A stretch of 64,000 nt of DNA from an uncultured virus (IMG/VR IMGVR_UViG_3300020179_000022) (IMGVR_UViG_3300020179_000022); one strand, 5' to 3'. Shown: positions 1 to 11,108, counted from the first letter of the stretch. The notes: a model not told the origin generated them from the sequence alone. Numbers and translations: made by a program.

Positions 1-3000
1 TACAGAAGTGATATGTACAGCAAGTTGTGCTGATGCTCAAATAAGAAGAATCAGACAAGTGAGATCTGGAGTAGATTGTGGTGGTACAACACTACTAGAT
101 GGCTTTACAGATGAGAATAGATATAGACAAATCTTCAACTCTCCAGAAACATCATTTGGTCAACCATTCCTAGCAGATATTCTTAAGCTAGAAAGTGTAA
201 TGTTTGGCACTGGCAAAGCTCACTTTGTAGAAGTGAAAGATAATGCCAAATACAAACTCCTTTCTGAAGCTGCTCAGAAGGCTGCTCTTGATAGTTCTGC
301 AAAACTGGGTGGTATCACTACCCCTTTCAGTGCAACAGCTATGTTCACTGCGTATCAGTCTTATTTAACTATTTATATCAATGGCATTACTAGAAAGAAT
401 TATGCTTACTCTTTTAACTCTATTGCTGATTACAACTATGGCGTAGGTGTTCCTGATAATCAAGGAATCAAACAAAGAGAACTTGACATAGCAAGATATT
501 TGATCCCTGGTGTTCAGGCTGTAGGAGATGATCTTCCTATCAATAACTGGAACAGAGAAAGCTCTGTGTATATGAAAACAAACATAGACACTACAGTTCT
601 TCCTTATCCTGACAGAAGTCCTAACATGCTTTCTGGTATTACAAGTATTGTTACAGATAGATCAAGATTCACTATTTCAGAAATAGGAAATTGTGCAACA
701 CCAGCTAAAGAAGAACCGATACAGGTTGTTTCATATTATGCATCATTGAAAAACTCCATTGTTAATCAGTGGGGACAAATCTATTCATATGAAACAATTG
801 ATACAGGTTATCAATACATAATTAATTCACCTAACCCAATCACTACAGTGTTTGGTGGTGATACATTCATTAGCAGATTTGCATTCAAGACTAAGCTTCC
901 ATTCTTTATTGACAATAGGGTGAATGCTCCTGATGATAGCGACATCTTCTATGATGAGATAGGTAACGTTGCCTATCCTAGATACTGGCATTCTGCTAGA
1001 TCAATTCTCGAGAACTACAGCATTCCTGGACAAGGAGTGATGGCAAACATCATTTCTTACAAGGCACATAATTTTGATTGTCCTAATGATGTTGGAACAG
1101 ATGTGATTGTATCTACATCTACCACCACTACCACTAGTACAACGTTCCCTCCAGGTGGTCCTGGTGGAGTGACACCAAGTTCCACTATTACATATTATGA
1201 TGGTTACTTCTATTTGTTTGCCTATGGTATTCCAAACTTCTATTGCGAAAGCTCTTACAATCTAGATTTAAGACAAGCATTCAATAATAGAGAAGGAGAC
1301 TTCTGGCCACATGTTAGTACAGACATTCCAGATGACTGGGTTCAACAGAGCTTTGTGCCTATTGCACAGGACAACACCTACTATTACAATACAACATTCT
1401 CAAAGCAAAACAGAGAGAATACATTCACTCATCTACCTCCTGATTGGGAAGAGAAGTTCTGTTATACAAACTATCCATTCAGAGCCATCTATTCTGATGC
1501 ACAAAACATCGATGCTGACAACAGAGTGAACAACTGGCTCATTTACAGAGCTATTTCTTATTTTGATTTCCCACAGAACTATGGAAATCTAGTGGCTCTT
1601 GATGGTATTCAGAACAGAGCTATTCTTGCAAGATTTGAGAATAAGACATTGATGTACAATAATCTTTTGACTATTGATACAAGCAATCCTCAAGCTGCTT
1701 ATGTAGGTAATCCACTATTGTTTAGAGGAGCACCTCCTGTTGACTTTGCAGAAACTGATCTTGGATATGTAGGAAGTCAGCATAAGATGTTGTTAAAGAT
1801 CCCACAAGGTCAAGTTACAGTGGATGCTAAGCGTGGACAAGTGTTCTTGATACAGGGAAATGATAGAAATATTAAAGGAACAGAAGCTGTTGATTTGTCT
1901 GGATTTGGATCAGGGATGAATAGATTCTTTGTTGAGCATCTACCATTCATGATATATAAGAGTTTTCCAGAAGTGAATATTGACAACCACTTCAAAGGAA
2001 TAGGACTTCATGGTGTTTATGATGCTGTATATGACAGAGTGATTATCACTAAGCTTGATTATGCACCAAGGTCAAATAACATTCTATATGATCCAGTGGA
2101 GCAAGAGTTCTACATTAATAATGTTGTCAATGGACTAACCATCAGACAATACATCAATGTAAGTGATGAGCAATACTTCTGTAATGTATCATGGACATTG
2201 TCTTTCAATATGAATACAAAGAGTTGGATAAGTTTCCATAGCTATATTCCAAACTGGTATGTTGCTGAGAACAACTTCTTCTATTCAGGACAAAACAATT
2301 GCTGTGAAGACTTTGATTTCCTAGTGGGTTTATTGGTTCCAAATCCAACAACCACCACTACATCATCTACGTCTACAACAAGTACGTCTACAACAAGCAC
2401 AACGTCAACTAGTACGACTACTAGTACGTCTACAACTAGTACAACTACTAGTACAAGTTCTACTACCACTACAACTACCACAGCTGAACCAACTACAACA
2501 ACCACTACTACCACAGGAGAGCCAACTACCACTACCACTACTAGTAGTACAAGTTCTACAACTACCACAACTACAACACCATCTCCTACAACAACAACTA
2601 CTACAACACCTGCTCCTACAGCTGAGTGTTATAAGTTAGATTCTGCACCGTTTGGTGGATGTACGTTTGTTTATAAAGATGAGAATGGTGCAACTATCAC
2701 TCTTAACATTCCATCACAAGATGAGGGACTATGCTTCACCGCATGTGTAACTGAAGTGATAAGTGATGATTGTGGGTTCTTTGCTCAAGGCATTGGTTGT
2801 CTTAATCCAGAGTGTGATTGTAGTCCACCTCCACCTACAACTTCAACCACCACTACAACAACCACTACATTAGAGCCAACTACTACTACTACCACTACTG
2901 AAAGTCCATCTCCAACCACCACTACAACTACTACAGTTAGTCCACATTGTTATGTAATAGAAAGTGTACAAAGTGCTCCTGGTGAATGTTTTGATTGTCC

Positions 3001-3313
3001 TGGCTTCTTTGCAAGTACAACAGATACGTTTATAAAGTTTTATGATGGTTGTGGTGGAACTCAAATACCAGCTCCATTTGATATAAATGTAACTACACAT
3101 TATAGCGATGCTTCAACACAAACTACATTTATACCTTCAGGAACTACTGGTAATGTATTGATTGCTACAAGTGATGTACAGTGTGAAGCTCCACCTACAT
3201 GTGGTGAGATTACAAGTCCAACATTTGACTACGCTGTTGTAACACCTGTATCAGGAAGTATTAGTGAATGTTGTGTGGCGACAACCACTACAACTACAAT
3301 ATCTCCATCTTAA
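1..3313 (+). CDS. Tail stabilisation/muzzle-like protein (crAss-like), N-terminally truncated by the window edge, with Thr-rich and Cys-rich C-terminal insertion
   Basis: Frame is open from base 2 to TAA at 3313 (track ORF 8..3313). Motifs FGGDTFISRF, VDAKRGQVF, GVYD..YDRVIITK and WTLSF...WISFHSY resemble crAss-like tail stabilisation proteins. Long poly-Thr tracts at 2348-2935. Confidence 0.7.
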   Translation, partial: TEVICTASCADAQIRRIRQVRSGVDCGGTTLLDGFTDENRYRQIFNSPETSFGQPFLADILKLESVMFGTGKAHFVEVKDNAKYKLLSEAAQKAALDSSAKLGGITTPFSATAMFTAYQSYLTIYINGITRKNYAYSFNSIADYNYGVGVPDNQGIKQRELDIARYLIPGVQAVGDDLPINNWNRESSVYMKTNIDTTVLPYPDRSPNMLSGITSIVTDRSRFTISEIGNCATPAKEEPIQVVSYYASLKNSIVNQWGQIYSYETIDTGYQYIINSPNPITTVFGGDTFISRFAFKTKLPFFIDNRVNAPDDSDIFYDEIGNVAYPRYWHSARSILENYSIPGQGVMANIISYKAHNFDCPNDVGTDVIVSTSTTTTTSTTFPPGGPGGVTPSSTITYYDGYFYLFAYGIPNFYCESSYNLDLRQAFNNREGDFWPHVSTDIPDDWVQQSFVPIAQDNTYYYNTTFSKQNRENTFTHLPPDWEEKFCYTNYPFRAIYSDAQNIDADNRVNNWLIYRAISYFDFPQNYGNLVALDGIQNRAILARFENKTLMYNNLLTIDTSNPQAAYVGNPLLFRGAPPVDFAETDLGYVGSQHKMLLKIPQGQVTVDAKRGQVFLIQGNDRNIKGTEAVDLSGFGSGMNRFFVEHLPFMIYKSFPEVNIDNHFKGIGLHGVYDAVYDRVIITKLDYAPRSNNILYDPVEQEFYINNVVNGLTIRQYINVSDEQYFCNVSWTLSFNMNTKSWISFHSYIPNWYVAENNFFYSGQNNCCEDFDFLVGLLVPNPTTTTTSSTSTTSTSTTSTTSTSTTTSTSTTSTTTSTSSTTTTTTTAEPTTTTTTTTGEPTTTTTTSSTSSTTTTTTTPSPTTTTTTTPAPTAECYKLDSAPFGGCTFVYKDENGATITLNIPSQDEGLCFTACVTEVISDDCGFFAQGIGCLNPECDCSPPPPTTSTTTTTTTTLEPTTTTTTTESPSPTTTTTTTVSPHCYVIESVQSAPGECFDCPGFFASTTDTFIKFYDGCGGTQIPAPFDINVTTHYSDASTQTTFIPSGTTGNVLIATSDVQCEAPPTCGEITSPTFDYAVVTPVSGSISECCVATTTTTTISPS
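2348..2935 (+). repeat. Mucin-like poly-Thr/Ser/Pro low-complexity coding tracts separated by a Cys-rich module
   Basis: TTTTSSTSTT...EPTTTTTTT runs encoded by mixed ACA/ACT/ACC/ACG codons. Shorter runs at ~1110-1145 and ~3281-3298. Confidence 0.95.
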
Positions 3314-3329
3314 AATTAAATAAATCCAC

Positions 3330-4196
3330 ATGTCAAAGACTATTACAATAAAGCTAACCAAGACAGGCCCTAACTCAGGGCCTTTCACCATCACAGATGC
3401 GTATGGGAATGTTATTGCTTCTGGTGTAACACTTGAACAAGTGTCTACAGGCATTAGCTATATTGTAGATGATGATGTTGACTTAATTACAATTACTTCT
3501 GAAGGAAAGTGTGCTTATCAAAAATCATTTGCTGTTACAACTATTACAGAAGATGAGTATCAAAACACTCCTGTAGAAACTATCCAAACAGCATGTTTAT
3601 GGAGACACCTTAATGATCATACTATCTACAACACCTTCTATGGACATATAGAACCATATATTATTGAATATCCTTTTGCATATCAATATCAAGATGAAAT
3701 ACTCCAGAATGTAAAAGATTACACCAAGGTGTATAAATATTTTACTGATCCTTATGGTGTGAGTAATGATGTATCAAGGATAGAACTTGACAATGCTTGG
3801 TTTAACAAAGCTGTTCTATACAACGGACAACAGTCCACTGGTATACTTGAGCTTGTACCAAAACCAATCAACAATTTGAATTCCTATCTACAATATCCTA
3901 TATTGAATACTAATAGCAAGACAATCACTTTCACAAAGAGTGATAACTTCTATCAGTATAACACATTCTGGTCTGTAGTGAAGGATAAATCTGTTCCTCT
4001 GTTTGTGAGAACATGTCAATCACTTTCTCTCGATAAAGAAGTGAATCAAATCAATATGGACTATGGAGCAAGATCATTTAAGAAAGAACCTCTTAGAGCA
4101 AAAGAATTGAAAATAAGACACATTCTTGACAATCGATCAGATGCTCATTTAGTAAGTCAATTCATTATAGCACCAGCAGAAATCTCTTACAAGTAA
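3330..4196 (+). CDS. Virion structural protein, probably the separated C-terminal part of the stabilisation protein with a small beta-rich N-terminal domain
   Basis: 288-aa ORF. LWRH...YNTFYG...PYIIEY and FNKAVLYN.QQSTG motifs resemble the C-terminal part of crAss-like stabilisation proteins. Confidence 0.55.
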   Translation: MSKTITIKLTKTGPNSGPFTITDAYGNVIASGVTLEQVSTGISYIVDDDVDLITITSEGKCAYQKSFAVTTITEDEYQNTPVETIQTACLWRHLNDHTIYNTFYGHIEPYIIEYPFAYQYQDEILQNVKDYTKVYKYFTDPYGVSNDVSRIELDNAWFNKAVLYNGQQSTGILELVPKPINNLNSYLQYPILNTNSKTITFTKSDNFYQYNTFWSVVKDKSVPLFVRTCQSLSLDKEVNQINMDYGARSFKKEPLRAKELKIRHILDNRSDAHLVSQFIIAPAEISYK

Positions 4197-4197
4197 T

Positions 4198-7100
4198 ATG
4201 AAAGGATGGTTAGATAACTTTGGTAAAGCAGACAACGCTAATGATTCAAACGTTAGCCTTTCTGAAGATTTTGTTGGCTTAGGATATAACACAAAGGGAA
4301 GAAACTATTCCCCTGCATGGGGAGGACAGTTTCAAAAAGGTGGTAATCTTCTCATGCAACAAACTATGCAGGGTGTTCAACCAACTCCCACTGTTCCATA
4401 TTTAACAACAAAAGATCCAGCAGAGTTTTATAAAGCATGGATTCAAAGTCCTGAATATGCAAAAAGACAACTCCTTACAGGGTATTCTTCAGGAGAAGAT
4501 TTAATCATCCGAGGTGGATATATGCCTAGTGCAGCAGCTTCGAGAGAATCTATATTAGGTTCTTTAGAAGAAATGACTCCTATTACATATAGCACAAGAC
4601 AACCATCTGAAGCAAAGCCTGGAGGTTATGGAAGTCCTTCTTATGTCAACATCAATCCTTCTGATTATGTTGGCACAAGCAAAGAAGCTATTCTAGCTCA
4701 TGAGCTTGCACACATTGCTGGAGCAAATAGACATTTGATGAGTGATAAAGAGCAGGAGATATTTAAGAAGTCAATGCTTCCTATGGCAGAACCTGTATTG
4801 TCTGGTGTACAAGGATCTAAAGAAAGAGAAGCTAGTATAAGAGCTCTTGAAGACTACATCCATTTACAAAAACCAGATGAAGCAAAAGCTGATTTAGGTG
4901 CTCTTCGATTCATGATGTACGACAAAGGCATCTATGATATTACAAAAGGAAAAAAGTTTACAGACGAAGACTTTGAAAAAGCAAAACAAAGTTTTGGAAA
5001 AGACAGAGTGTTTAAAAGACTCACTGATAGAGTGGGTAAGAAAAACTTTGTCAATCTTATGAACACTATTGCTCTTGCAGATGAGGAAGGGGCTCCAATC
5101 GCAATGGGTGGTATGTCTATTCCAGGTTCTGTAGGATTCACATACGCACGTACAGCTGGTGCTGCTCCTAGTAATGGTCCATACGCAAAGAAGACAAAAG
5201 CTTCTGCACAGATAGGGAAGAATGTTAAAAAAAACGATCCATATCTCTTGTACAAAAAAGATGCAACAAATATAGATACTGGTATTGCTGATAAAATTGC
5301 AGGACTTGAACTTAAAATGAGTCCTGAATATCAACGTTTAAAATATTTACAAAGCCTACCTCAGCTAAGAGAAGCTCCTGGTCTTCTGGAAGAACTTATT
5401 ATAGAAGGATTAGCAATTGCTGATATTGCAACAGACTTGATGCAGGTGGGAAACTTTATTCCTAATCCAATGGCACAAGGTGTTGGAAAAGCTGGAAACA
5501 TTGTTGGAAGTGGAGTAGATCTTGTGCAAGCTGCAATGAGTTCTCGTCAAGGAAATTATCTTGATGCTGCAATCAATTTAGGTAGTGTTGGATTAGCTGG
5601 AGGACTTGCATCAAGTACATTTAGAAGAAACAGTAAATACTTACAACCAGGTCAGCCATTATATCCTCTAAGTCCACAAGCTTTTGGAAGCTTGAGTAGA
5701 ACAAATTACATAGAACCTTTTCGAAAGGTTGGTAAAATGACTGACAAGAACCTGTTAGCTAATAAAGCCCTTTTAGGTCTTATTGGTGCAGAAACAGTAT
5801 ATGATGCTATTCCTCAAAAAGAATATGGTGGAGATATACCTTCTGCACAGAATGGCGAAGAGGATATTAAGACAATCGATCTTCCTGAGATTGTTGTAAC
5901 TCCTTACGATGAACAATATCCATTCTATCAATCTCTTTCTAATGAACAGAAGAGATATATCAACGATAAAGGTCCAATAGGAAGAGCAATTAGAGCTATT
6001 GCTACCACTGGTAAAAAAGGACAAACTGCTAAAGATATATCTAGTGCTGTAAGAAATTTTCAACAAACTGGAGCAGAGTTTACTGGAATCCCAGGAACTA
6101 TTAGATTTTCAGACAATCCTCTTGAAAAATTAACAGGCACAGGAAAAACTATTTTGGATCTTGCAATGGTGGCACCAGGTTTTGGAAATCCGCTTTCTGC
6201 AATTACAGGACCACTTGTTTATGGATTAAATGATGGAATAAATCCTATAACAGGAGAACAAATGTTCAGTCAAGAAAACTTGGAAGGAACATTTGATACG
6301 TTAGATGCGCTTGGTATGGCTACTGGAGCAATGACAGTATTAAAACAACCAGTTCAACAGGCTTTAAGAACATCTGGGAAATTGCTAACAACTAAAACTC
6401 CTTTAAAAAATACTTATAAGATAAATCCATTTGCTGTAAAAGAGCCAGATGTAATTTTAACTAGAACTCAAAAACCAGGACAAACAGCTGAATTAAGAAG
6501 ATTAGACGAACTTGAATCCAAAGGTCTTGATAATCTTGATTTCATGGAGAGATATGAATACAATCAAATTCTTAACTCTCCTGTTGCAAAAGCACCAGGT
6601 TATGCAAGAGGATTTAGTTCAGATTTAGGAGATATAGGTTACTATTCAGATCCTGCTATTCAAACTACAAGAGGATACGAGGGATTTCCTGAAATATTAA
6701 AGATGAGACTTCCTGCAACAGAAGCAGCAAAATTTAATGTTGCACAAAATCCATTGCAAGGATATATTTCTTATGCACCAAAAAGAGAGTTTTTGTTGCC
6801 AAAAGACTTGGTATATTCAGCAGAAAGTTTTACTCCCACTGTAGGATATGGTGTTGGGCCAGCAGGATTTCGTGGACCTGGCTCTCTTAGTCATTTTATT
6901 AGAACAGCAGATGCTGAACAAAGACTAGCAAATATACCTCATTGGTTAAGAGGCTATCCTTCTATTGCAAATAAATCATCTGTTGGCCTTTCTATGATTG
7001 ATCCTTCACTGATTTCAGGTGGAGTAGGATTACTAAGAAAACCAGTTCAACTAGGAGCTAAAGCAACACAATCAAGTTTTGGAGAATTATTTCGAGGAAT

Positions 7101-8157
7101 TAATCCAGCTAATTTAAAAACTCAATCAGGTCTAGATTGGAGTAAAAGATGGTATGAACATCCAGAAACATTACAGAGAAAAATAAAAATAGCTTCTTCT
7201 GCTAATTTTAGAGATTTTGATGATGGATCAATAAAAAGATTTTCAAATGATTTTATAGAAAATGCTAAAGAAAGCTTAAATCAGTATCAACCCAAATCAT
7301 ATATAGATCTTTTAAAAGATAAGGGACTTAAAGAATATTTAGAGTATTTTCTAAATACTGGAGGCTTATCTTATGGAATACCTGATCAAATATATGTAAA
7401 TAGGGCAATGTATTTTCCATTTAATAAAAAAGGTTTAGAATCAGTTAGAACTCATGAGTTAAGTCATTTAGTAAATCGTAATGGAAGAGCACTGACGTTC
7501 CCTGAAGAAGATATGTTATTAAAGCCTTTTGGATTTGAAGATAATGTGCAAAGGGTTAATACTATAAAAGAAGTTAAATCAAAATCTAAAAAGAAATGGA
7601 TTTCTTATTATACTAAACCTACTGAAATAAAAGCCAGAATGGATCAAGCAAGATTTGATCTAAATCTATCTCCTGAAGATCAATTCACTCCAGAGATGTT
7701 TGACGAAATATCAAAGAAGAATAATTTCTATGGAATGAGAAAGTATATAAAAGATAAAAAATCTTTTGTTGACTTAATGAATAATTTCTGGGCAGTTCCA
7801 GCAGTTGGTGTAGCTGTTGGTGCACAGGCAGTTGACCAACAAAAAAATGGTGGTATAATTAAAGATAATCAAGGATATTGGAATCAAGATAACTGGGGAC
7901 AACCTGTTGAGATAGGAAGCAACAACATTACAATGGAAGGAGTGTATGAACCTCTCCTTGGCATCTCTGACACTGGTGACACTAAGCTTATGCAACCAGG
8001 AAAGAATTACAAGTTCAAGGGTAAGAAGGTTACAGAGTTTCCTGTTGCTGAATTGGGAATCAATGATTTAGATGCCTACCCCATGAAAAAACTAAATCAA
8101 TTACTTAACTTTACAAATAACCCAGACAAGGATAACTGGCTGGATAAATACAACTGA
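4198..8157 (+). CDS. Putative internal virion (cargo) protein with two zincin-like HExxH domains
   Basis: 1319 aa. HELAH (4699-4713) with a downstream KPDEAKA, and HELSH (7453-7467) with a downstream KPTEIKAR. Recurrent xxGG motifs. Lies upstream of the vRNAP in the virion operon. Confidence 0.6.
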   Translation: MKGWLDNFGKADNANDSNVSLSEDFVGLGYNTKGRNYSPAWGGQFQKGGNLLMQQTMQGVQPTPTVPYLTTKDPAEFYKAWIQSPEYAKRQLLTGYSSGEDLIIRGGYMPSAAASRESILGSLEEMTPITYSTRQPSEAKPGGYGSPSYVNINPSDYVGTSKEAILAHELAHIAGANRHLMSDKEQEIFKKSMLPMAEPVLSGVQGSKEREASIRALEDYIHLQKPDEAKADLGALRFMMYDKGIYDITKGKKFTDEDFEKAKQSFGKDRVFKRLTDRVGKKNFVNLMNTIALADEEGAPIAMGGMSIPGSVGFTYARTAGAAPSNGPYAKKTKASAQIGKNVKKNDPYLLYKKDATNIDTGIADKIAGLELKMSPEYQRLKYLQSLPQLREAPGLLEELIIEGLAIADIATDLMQVGNFIPNPMAQGVGKAGNIVGSGVDLVQAAMSSRQGNYLDAAINLGSVGLAGGLASSTFRRNSKYLQPGQPLYPLSPQAFGSLSRTNYIEPFRKVGKMTDKNLLANKALLGLIGAETVYDAIPQKEYGGDIPSAQNGEEDIKTIDLPEIVVTPYDEQYPFYQSLSNEQKRYINDKGPIGRAIRAIATTGKKGQTAKDISSAVRNFQQTGAEFTGIPGTIRFSDNPLEKLTGTGKTILDLAMVAPGFGNPLSAITGPLVYGLNDGINPITGEQMFSQENLEGTFDTLDALGMATGAMTVLKQPVQQALRTSGKLLTTKTPLKNTYKINPFAVKEPDVILTRTQKPGQTAELRRLDELESKGLDNLDFMERYEYNQILNSPVAKAPGYARGFSSDLGDIGYYSDPAIQTTRGYEGFPEILKMRLPATEAAKFNVAQNPLQGYISYAPKREFLLPKDLVYSAESFTPTVGYGVGPAGFRGPGSLSHFIRTADAEQRLANIPHWLRGYPSIANKSSVGLSMIDPSLISGGVGLLRKPVQLGAKATQSSFGELFRGINPANLKTQSGLDWSKRWYEHPETLQRKIKIASSANFRDFDDGSIKRFSNDFIENAKESLNQYQPKSYIDLLKDKGLKEYLEYFLNTGGLSYGIPDQIYVNRAMYFPFNKKGLESVRTHELSHLVNRNGRALTFPEEDMLLKPFGFEDNVQRVNTIKEVKSKSKKKWISYYTKPTEIKARMDQARFDLNLSPEDQFTPEMFDEISKKNNFYGMRKYIKDKKSFVDLMNNFWAVPAVGVAVGAQAVDQQKNGGIIKDNQGYWNQDNWGQPVEIGSNNITMEGVYEPLLGISDTGDTKLMQPGKNYKFKGKKVTEFPVAELGINDLDAYPMKKLNQLLNFTNNPDKDNWLDKYN

Positions 8158-8158
8158 T

Positions 8159-11080
8159 ATGAAGGCTCAAATTTTAAAGATAGCAGGTGTTAAGTCTGAG
8201 AAGGAATTCTACAAGAAATTCCCTACAGAAGAATCTTTTATGAAGGTTCATGGGAAAGCTTTGAAGAAAGCTCAAATAGGAGCTATGATTCAAGGGAGTA
8301 TAGCTCCTCAGTTTAATCCTCAACCAATTAACTTTCAGCAGTTGTATGACCAGAATGATATGTTCATCACTGGATCGACACAAGATATGCGTAAACAAGA
8401 AGCAATGGATTTAGCAAATCTTGAAGTACAGCAGAAGATGGCAAATAAAAAATCAGGACTTGTTGATTCACTCACTCAGTTAGGAAATGCTTTAGGCAGT
8501 GCTTCTAAAGAAGATGGTGCCAAGAATGGTAAGAAGTTAAAAAAAGCTATAACAGGTAAGGAGATTGTTGGCGGAATTAATAAAGGTATTGGTAAGGCTG
8601 GTGGACCAGCTGCTGTTGCTCAGAACATTGGTAACATAGTTGGAGGAATCCAACAAATGCGTGATGAGAAAAACATCATGAAAGAAGCTCAGCAAATGGC
8701 TGGTGTTAGTGATGTTGCTCTTCAAGCTTCTATGACACGTCCAGAGCAAGTTCAAAAAAAATATGTTCGACCAGAAGATAATATAAACACTGGATCAGAG
8801 TTCTTTCCAATTTATGGTGTAGGAACTGTAATTAGCAGAAATGGCACAGAGATAGCAAACACGTTTGCTCCTAACACTATCTATACAGATTTAGAAGAAG
8901 CTAAGAATGGTATTTCAACTGCTTCTAATGGAGGAGGATTTTTTTCCAATTTGGGAGATCCAAACTTCTTACAAAAAAATAAAACAACAGGTGAGAAAAC
9001 TTTTATTTCTAAGTTCCAAGAACAAGGAGGAGGAGATGCTCTTTCTCAACTAACTTCTCGTATTGGGAATCCAAAAGGATATGGTCCTAGTGGTGCTAGT
9101 AGAGTGGGTGGTGGTATTGGAAGTGTAGCAGGTACAATTATTGGTGGTCCAGTAGGAGGAATGATTGGTAAGTTTGCTGGTGAAAAGATTGGTGATCTTG
9201 TTGATAGAAAAGCTGAGAAGACAGAGCAAGCAAGAGGTGTAATTGATAGAAATATTACATCAATGGCTTTCAATCAGGGTGTCCAAGGATTGCAACAACA
9301 AAACTATTCTTATGTAAGAGATGGTGGTATGATAAATCCACAAGTGGCAACATCACTTGAAGGTATACCATTGACAAGACTATTTGCTCCTGATCCAACT
9401 ATGGATACATTGCGTGCAGGTGGACATTTGAAAAGTTATACTCCTCCTAGTGAACGTGCTATGTACACAGGAAGAGATAAGTTTGCTATGGGTGGTGATC
9501 TTGAAACCCATTGGGGTGGATATGCTGAACCTATGTCTTACAATCCATATCTACCTGATGGTGGAGAAACTGTTATGTTCAGAGGAAAGTCACATGACGA
9601 ATCTGATGGAAGAGGTAACACAGGAATTGGAATCACTTATGGTGATAGTCCTGTAGAAGTGGAAAGAGGAGAACCAGCTGTACAACTTCGTAATGGTACA
9701 GATGGTGATAGCAGCTTAACTGTATATGGCAACCTACAAATACCAAGCTTTGGTGCATCTCTAATTGGTGATGACAAAGCAAAGGGGAAGAAGTTTAAGA
9801 ACTATGTTGCTGAACTTTCCAAGACTGAACAGAAGCAGAATAAAATTGTAGAAAAGTCCACTGAGAAACTTGACAACTTAGAAGTGATTACACCTCAAGA
9901 TTTACTTTCTTTTGAATCATACAAAGCAAATATTCTTGGAGCTAATATGAAGCTCAAAGACATTGCTAAGAAGAAACAAGACCTTGCTTCTCTACAGGCT
10001 GCTATTAATGACACAGCTGAGGAATACAATCTTGTAGCTGATGATTTAGCAAAGGGTAAAGTGAAACAAGCTAAGAAAGGAGCCTCTATTGCAAAGGCAC
10101 AACTTGGAGGTACGTATGAAGATATTAGCGATAAGATATACAGAGATGCATTAGCATTGGAACCTTTGTTTATAGAAGAAGTTGATCCAAGTATGAATCT
10201 TGATGAAGTTGCTGTAAGTGCATCTAAGCTGCCTCCAACAATACAGGAATTAAGAAATAGAAAATTAACACCTGGTAATTATCCACAATACATTTATGCA
10301 AATACTCCTGTTCAAAAAACAGAAGCTGAAGATGGTAAAATTGATTGGATGACACTTCTTAACCAGGTTATTCCTTATCTAAGACCTAGTAATGCACAAC
10401 CTCTTGACCCACGTCAATTGGCTGGTGAAATGCTTGCTCTTGCAACAAATCAAGTGGAGCCTGTACAAGTGCAGACTATCCAACCACAATTAAACGTTCC
10501 TTTTGATATTTCTCTACAAGAGATTATTAATGAGAACGAGGCTGATTACAGAGCTGCTCAAAGATTGTTTGGTTACAACCCAGCTGCTTTAGCAGCTTTG
10601 AATGCTCAGAAATATCAAGCTAATCAAAAAGTGCTTGGTGAACAATTCAAATTGAATCAAGCTATAAAGGATAAAGTGTATGCTGAGAACAGAAATCTTC
10701 TTAATCAGGCTAATCTTAACAATCTACAGGCTTTTGATCAGCAATACAGCAGACAACAAGAAGCTCTTTCTAATACAAAAGCTACGTCACAAGCTGCTCT
10801 CAGTTCTATTGCTTCTAAGTATATGCAGAATCAGTTGGAAAATAGAACTCTTCAAACATTTGAGAACCTTTACAACTATAGATTTGATCCACGTTTCAGA
10901 GCAATGAACATGAATACTCTTGCAATATTTGATACCATGATAGATGATTTAACTCCTGCGCAACAGAAAGCTCTATCTGAAAAACTAGCTTTAGCATCTG
11001 CTAAAGCAACAGGAGCTAGTTCTACAACAACCAATACAACCACAATTAGAAATGGTGGTATTGTAAGAGCAACCAAGTAA
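8159..11080 (+). CDS. Putative internal virion (cargo) protein
   Basis: 973 aa. Gly-rich hydrophobic stretch GGGIGSVAGTIIGGPVGGMIG, G.SH...G.GI and VEVERGE motifs of the kind seen in crAss-like cargo proteins, Gln-rich coiled C-terminus. Confidence 0.55.
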   Translation: MKAQILKIAGVKSEKEFYKKFPTEESFMKVHGKALKKAQIGAMIQGSIAPQFNPQPINFQQLYDQNDMFITGSTQDMRKQEAMDLANLEVQQKMANKKSGLVDSLTQLGNALGSASKEDGAKNGKKLKKAITGKEIVGGINKGIGKAGGPAAVAQNIGNIVGGIQQMRDEKNIMKEAQQMAGVSDVALQASMTRPEQVQKKYVRPEDNINTGSEFFPIYGVGTVISRNGTEIANTFAPNTIYTDLEEAKNGISTASNGGGFFSNLGDPNFLQKNKTTGEKTFISKFQEQGGGDALSQLTSRIGNPKGYGPSGASRVGGGIGSVAGTIIGGPVGGMIGKFAGEKIGDLVDRKAEKTEQARGVIDRNITSMAFNQGVQGLQQQNYSYVRDGGMINPQVATSLEGIPLTRLFAPDPTMDTLRAGGHLKSYTPPSERAMYTGRDKFAMGGDLETHWGGYAEPMSYNPYLPDGGETVMFRGKSHDESDGRGNTGIGITYGDSPVEVERGEPAVQLRNGTDGDSSLTVYGNLQIPSFGASLIGDDKAKGKKFKNYVAELSKTEQKQNKIVEKSTEKLDNLEVITPQDLLSFESYKANILGANMKLKDIAKKKQDLASLQAAINDTAEEYNLVADDLAKGKVKQAKKGASIAKAQLGGTYEDISDKIYRDALALEPLFIEEVDPSMNLDEVAVSASKLPPTIQELRNRKLTPGNYPQYIYANTPVQKTEAEDGKIDWMTLLNQVIPYLRPSNAQPLDPRQLAGEMLALATNQVEPVQVQTIQPQLNVPFDISLQEIINENEADYRAAQRLFGYNPAALAALNAQKYQANQKVLGEQFKLNQAIKDKVYAENRNLLNQANLNNLQAFDQQYSRQQEALSNTKATSQAALSSIASKYMQNQLENRTLQTFENLYNYRFDPRFRAMNMNTLAIFDTMIDDLTPAQQKALSEKLALASAKATGASSTTTNTTTIRNGGIVRATK

Positions 11081-11108
11081 TTTGTTAAATTTGATAAAAT
11101 AATATACA

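Noticed and set aside
2281..2568. Antisense poly-Val ORF
   Set aside because: It is the mirror of the poly-Thr codons and has no independent support.
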